Source: Nostoc punctiforme PCC 73102
Lineage (GTDB): Bacteria > Cyanobacteriota > Cyanobacteriia > Cyanobacteriales > Nostocaceae
Assembly: GCF_000020025.1 (NCBI RefSeq)
Contig: NC_010628.1
Coordinates: forward strand, 510,001-542,000
DNA length: 32,000 bases
Direction: 5' to 3'
This document shows, in pieces, positions 28,807-32,000 of the stretch. The notes below the pieces were generated by a model. The model did no database searches. It was not told where the DNA came from and was given only the letters and a program-made list of their open reading frames with translations. How positions within the stretch are numbered: position 1 is the first letter of the stretch; each line of letters begins with the position of its first letter. The position numbers and the translations under genes are program-made.

Positions 28807-29154
28807 CTAACGTTTGCTATTTAATACACGAAAATTACGGGCTTGCTCCTCTAACCTTGTGGCCAGGCGATCGCAAACCCGATTACACAAATCAAAAATC
28901 ATTTCATCTTCCACCCGGTAATAGGCGCAAGTTCCTTCACTGCGGCGGCTAAGGATACCTGCTTGCCACATTACCTTCAGGTGTTTTGACACATTTGCCT
29001 GAGAAGTCTGTGTTGCCTCTACCAACTCTTGCACGCATTTTTCTTCATCCCGTAATAAGTGGAGCAGCCGCAAGCGCATCGGCTCACTTAACAGGCTGAA
29101 GTATTCAGCTACTTGTTGCACCACTTCTGGCGGTAAAGGCAACGTTTGTTTCAT
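28807..29154 (-). CDS. ArsR/SmtB family transcriptional regulator
   Basis: 115 aa. LSEPMRLRLLHLL...CVQELVEATQTSQANVSKHLKVMWQAGIL winged-HTH signature. Confidence 0.85.
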   Translation of the reverse strand: MKQTLPLPPEVVQQVAEYFSLLSEPMRLRLLHLLRDEEKCVQELVEATQTSQANVSKHLKVMWQAGILSRRSEGTCAYYRVEDEMIFDLCNRVCDRLATRLEEQARNFRVLNSKR

Positions 29155-29229
29155 CAGGATTAACCCGCAAGGACTGAAGTTTTAACGATGACTCATTTTA
29201 GATGACTCATTTGATATATAGATTAATAC

Positions 29230-29787
29230 TTAATCAGGGTTAATTCGCATCAAAGGTTGACCATATTCTACAGCGTCACCATTTTGGAGAAGAATTTCCA
29301 TCACCTGTCCAGAGACTTCGGCTTCGATTTCATTCATCAGCTTCATGGCTTCAATGATACAGACTGTTTGACCCTTGCGGACGCGATCGCCAACTTCCAC
29401 AAATGCCGCTTCTCCGGGCGCAGGAGCGCGATAAAACGTTCCCACCATTGGGGAAGGCACTTCTACTAATCTCTGATCGATGATTGAGGGAGGATTTACT
29501 GACAACTGCAATTGTGTGCTAGTACCAGTATTCTCAAACACGCGAGATGTGGACACCTCCGTTACCTGACTCGCGTTCACCTGGTTTCCCCCAGATGAAC
29601 CCGATGTCAGGCCAGAACCTACCACACCGCCGAAGGTCGCTTGACCTACCGACAACATCTGATTGCTGACGCTCACAGCCTTACGGACTGTTAGTTCAAA
29701 ATCATCGCTTTTGAGCGTGACTTCTGCAATATCTGTTTGTGCGATAGTTGCCAATAGTTGGCGGATTTCATTAAAGTCCAATGGCAC
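29230..29787 (-). CDS. accB: Acetyl-CoA carboxylase biotin carboxyl carrier protein
   Basis: C-terminal biotinyl domain with EAMKLMNEIEAE. GTG start. Confidence 0.93.
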   Translation of the reverse strand: MPLDFNEIRQLLATIAQTDIAEVTLKSDDFELTVRKAVSVSNQMLSVGQATFGGVVGSGLTSGSSGGNQVNASQVTEVSTSRVFENTGTSTQLQLSVNPPSIIDQRLVEVPSPMVGTFYRAPAPGEAAFVEVGDRVRKGQTVCIIEAMKLMNEIEAEVSGQVMEILLQNGDAVEYGQPLMRINPD

Positions 29788-29895
29788 AGTTTTTATTACC
29801 TCGACCTAACCGTAAATTAGCATCTTAAGTGTGGCAGGGATTAAATCCCTATGTAGGGATTTCAAGCGGGACTTGCGTCTCCGTAGAGATGAAAG

Positions 29896-30453
29896 TTATT
29901 CCCTGCTGATATATTTATCTTCCTGGGTATCAACTTTGATGCGTTCTCCTTGGGAAATAAACAAAGGAACCATCACAATTGCACCAGTTTCCAAAGTTGC
30001 GGGTTTTGAGCCACCTGTGGCAGTGTCACCTTTTAAACCTGGATCTGTTTGTACAATTTCCAGAACCACAGATTTAGGCAATTCTACTCCCAGCACCTGA
30101 TCGCCCCACTTAATAACTTCAGCTTCCATACCTTCCTTCAGGTATTTGACGCGATCGCCAATTTGTGTGCGGGTCAATCTGCCTTCTTCATAGGTTTCCA
30201 TATCCATAAAGACGAACTCATCGCCCTCTTTATAGGTATGTTGCATCGTGCTTTTTTCTAGAGTAGCTTGGGGCACAGTTTCCCCAGCTCGGAACGTTTT
30301 TTCCATCACGCTCCCACTCTGGACATTTTTTAACTTAGTTCGGACAAAGGCGGAACCTTTGCCTGGTTTGACGTGCAAGAATTCAAGCACTCGCCATACA
30401 GACCCATCTAATACAATCGAAACACCGGGTCGAAAGTCGTTACTGGAGATCAT
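29896..30453 (-). CDS. efp: Elongation factor P
   Basis: 185 aa. [10 protein letters not shown]...[16 protein letters not shown]. Confidence 0.95.
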   Translation of the reverse strand: MISSNDFRPGVSIVLDGSVWRVLEFLHVKPGKGSAFVRTKLKNVQSGSVMEKTFRAGETVPQATLEKSTMQHTYKEGDEFVFMDMETYEEGRLTRTQIGDRVKYLKEGMEAEVIKWGDQVLGVELPKSVVLEIVQTDPGLKGDTATGGSKPATLETGAIVMVPLFISQGERIKVDTQEDKYISRE

Positions 30454-30506
30454 GAAACTTTCAAATTTTGGAAGACAATCGGCATTTATTGTACCCTTCT
30501 AGAGTC

Positions 30507-30556
30507 GTCATTGGGCATTTGTCATTAGTCATTTATCATTTGTCATTAGTCACTTG
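30507..30556. repeat. STRR heptamers (GTCATTW type)
   Basis: gtcattgggcatttgtcattagtcatttatcatttgtcattagtcacttgt. Confidence 0.8.
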
Positions 30557-30667
30557 TACTGAGCGACTTGCCTTGAGCGAAGTCGAAAGGAGTCGAAGTA
30601 TTTGTCATTTATCCTCCGCCCTTAACGTGGGAAGATTATTGATGGGTTACGTCCAGTCAACAATTTA

Positions 30668-31795
30668 ATGCTGCATTTGAGTTATCCCATGCTTAACTTA
30701 TTAAAATCCTGGCTGAAGAACAGCCTAATGGCAATACTGCTGGTAACAATATTTTTAGGCATAACTACAGCTGGGTGGACTCCCTCCAGTAGCGCCGCGC
30801 TGCCAGCCGGCAACGCAATTACCGACGGCAAGGCTTTGTTGCGGTATGCACTCCCGATAGATAACAAACCTGTACGGCAACTACAAGCCAGTTTAGAGGA
30901 CATCTCTGCCCAACTGCGGGCTAATCGGCGATGGGGTGCTATTTCCAAGGACATCAGCAAAGCATCCCGAATTCTCGATAAACCCTCCCAAATCTTAACA
31001 AGCGTTCCCACAGAACGCCAACCCCAAGTAGAAGCTTGGATTACCGAGTTGAAATCTGGGGTGGGTAAATTAGAAGAATTGGCGAACAACAAAGATAAAG
31101 AACAAATTCTGCAAGAGAGAGGCAAACTTCTAAATCTTGTGACTCAGATAGAAGAGTCAATGGTAAAAGAATTCCCCTTTGAAGTGCCTGCCCAATACAG
31201 TAATCTGCCACAACTTAAAGGTCGCGCTACTGTAGAATTCAAAACCAACAAAGGCGATTTGACTGTCGTAGTGGATGGTTATAGTGCCCCTGTCACTGCT
31301 GGTAATTTTGTAGATTTAGTACAAAGGGGTTTTTACAATGGCTTAGAGTTTACCCGTTCTGAAGAATCTTACTTTCTGCAAACTGGAGATCCTGCAGGTA
31401 AAGATGTAGGTTTCATTGATCCCAAGACGGGCGAATATCGCGCTATTCCCTTAGAAGTTTTAGTTCAGGGTGATAAAACACCTACTTATGGTATTACGCT
31501 AGAAGAAGCTGGTCGTTACGTTGATATGCCAGTTCTGCCTTTCTCTGCTTTTGGTGCAGTAGTCATGGCTCGTCCCGAAAGTGAAGTAAATGGTGGTTCA
31601 TCGCAATTTTTCTTCTTTCTCTTTGAACCGGAACTCACCCCCGCTGGACGCAACCTATTAGATGGTCGCTATGCCGTTTTTGGCTATCTCACCGAAGGCA
31701 AGGAAGTTTTGGATAAACTAAAGGCGGGTGACAAAATTGAATCGGCAAAAGTCGTTCAAGGAATAGAAAATCTGGTTGAGCCGCAAGCAGCATAA
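30668..31795 (+). CDS. Cyclophilin-type peptidyl-prolyl cis-trans isomerase with N-terminal targeting/helical domain (TLP40-like)
   Basis: C-terminal cyclophilin core (VDGYSAPVTAGNFVDLVQRGFYNG, SQFFFFL). An alternative ATG lies at 30689. Confidence 0.85.
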   Translation: MLHLSYPMLNLLKSWLKNSLMAILLVTIFLGITTAGWTPSSSAALPAGNAITDGKALLRYALPIDNKPVRQLQASLEDISAQLRANRRWGAISKDISKASRILDKPSQILTSVPTERQPQVEAWITELKSGVGKLEELANNKDKEQILQERGKLLNLVTQIEESMVKEFPFEVPAQYSNLPQLKGRATVEFKTNKGDLTVVVDGYSAPVTAGNFVDLVQRGFYNGLEFTRSEESYFLQTGDPAGKDVGFIDPKTGEYRAIPLEVLVQGDKTPTYGITLEEAGRYVDMPVLPFSAFGAVVMARPESEVNGGSSQFFFFLFEPELTPAGRNLLDGRYAVFGYLTEGKEVLDKLKAGDKIESAKVVQGIENLVEPQAA

Positions 31796-31826
31796 GAAGA
31801 GAGTAGGGGGAGAATAATTCCTGTAC

Positions 31827-31846
31827 AGACGCGATTAATCGCGTCT
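31827..31846. repeat. Perfect 20-bp palindrome agacgcgattaatcgcgtct (small dispersed repeat; probable terminator after the PPIase gene)
   Basis: Self-complementary. Related to the arms at 15786-15850. Confidence 0.7.
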
Positions 31847-32000
31847 CTTCTAACTCCCCTGATTTAGATTCCCGGCGGTGAATACTTGATCAACTGCGTT
31901 CACGAAGTGTGCCGAAGGTATCGCTAATTCTGAAAAAGTCCGTGATACAATTTCCTAAGTACCAGTAAAAACTGTTTCTTCGTAAAATCCATCTTCCAGT

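Overview
This is a chromosomal segment of a heterocyst-forming, Nostoc/Anabaena-type cyanobacterium. The evidence is many GCGATCGC (HIP1) palindromes, heptameric STRR repeats in intergenic spacers, and the gene content. Left third, minus strand: the core nif operon nifB-fdxN-nifS-nifU-glbN-nifH-nifD. nifD is interrupted at 1383-1393, at an 11-bp motif I recall as the recombination core of the Anabaena PCC 7120 nifD element. Bases 1-1393 are therefore the nifD-proximal end of a developmentally excised element, and they carry a PIN-like gene. fdxN is intact. Centre-right, plus strand: a divergent nif accessory operon, cysE(nifP)-asr1405-like-DUF2949-nifV-nifZ-nifT, followed by a ferredoxin-like gene. 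Between the two nif units lies about 8.5 kb of non-nif cargo (9.4-17.9 kb). It encodes a secreted PQQ-type sugar dehydrogenase, a 1206-aa NACHT/STAND NTPase with 11 near-identical HEAT-type repeats, a small ORF plus HNH endonuclease pair, a 158-aa unknown protein, and an array of eleven 21-bp repeats with phased palindromes. This cargo is bounded by an inverted pair of about 130-bp promoter-like modules, one facing nifB and one facing cysE. The best candidate for an undescribed system is the NACHT-HEAT sensor with its neighbouring HNH module and repeat array, a putative NLR-like defence island. The right third (22.9-32 kb) is ordinary housekeeping: a PEP-CTERM protein, an acyltransferase, proS, a GerMN protein, an ArsR regulator, accB, efp and a cyclophilin. 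All functional calls rest on motif and family recognition by eye. No database search was run.
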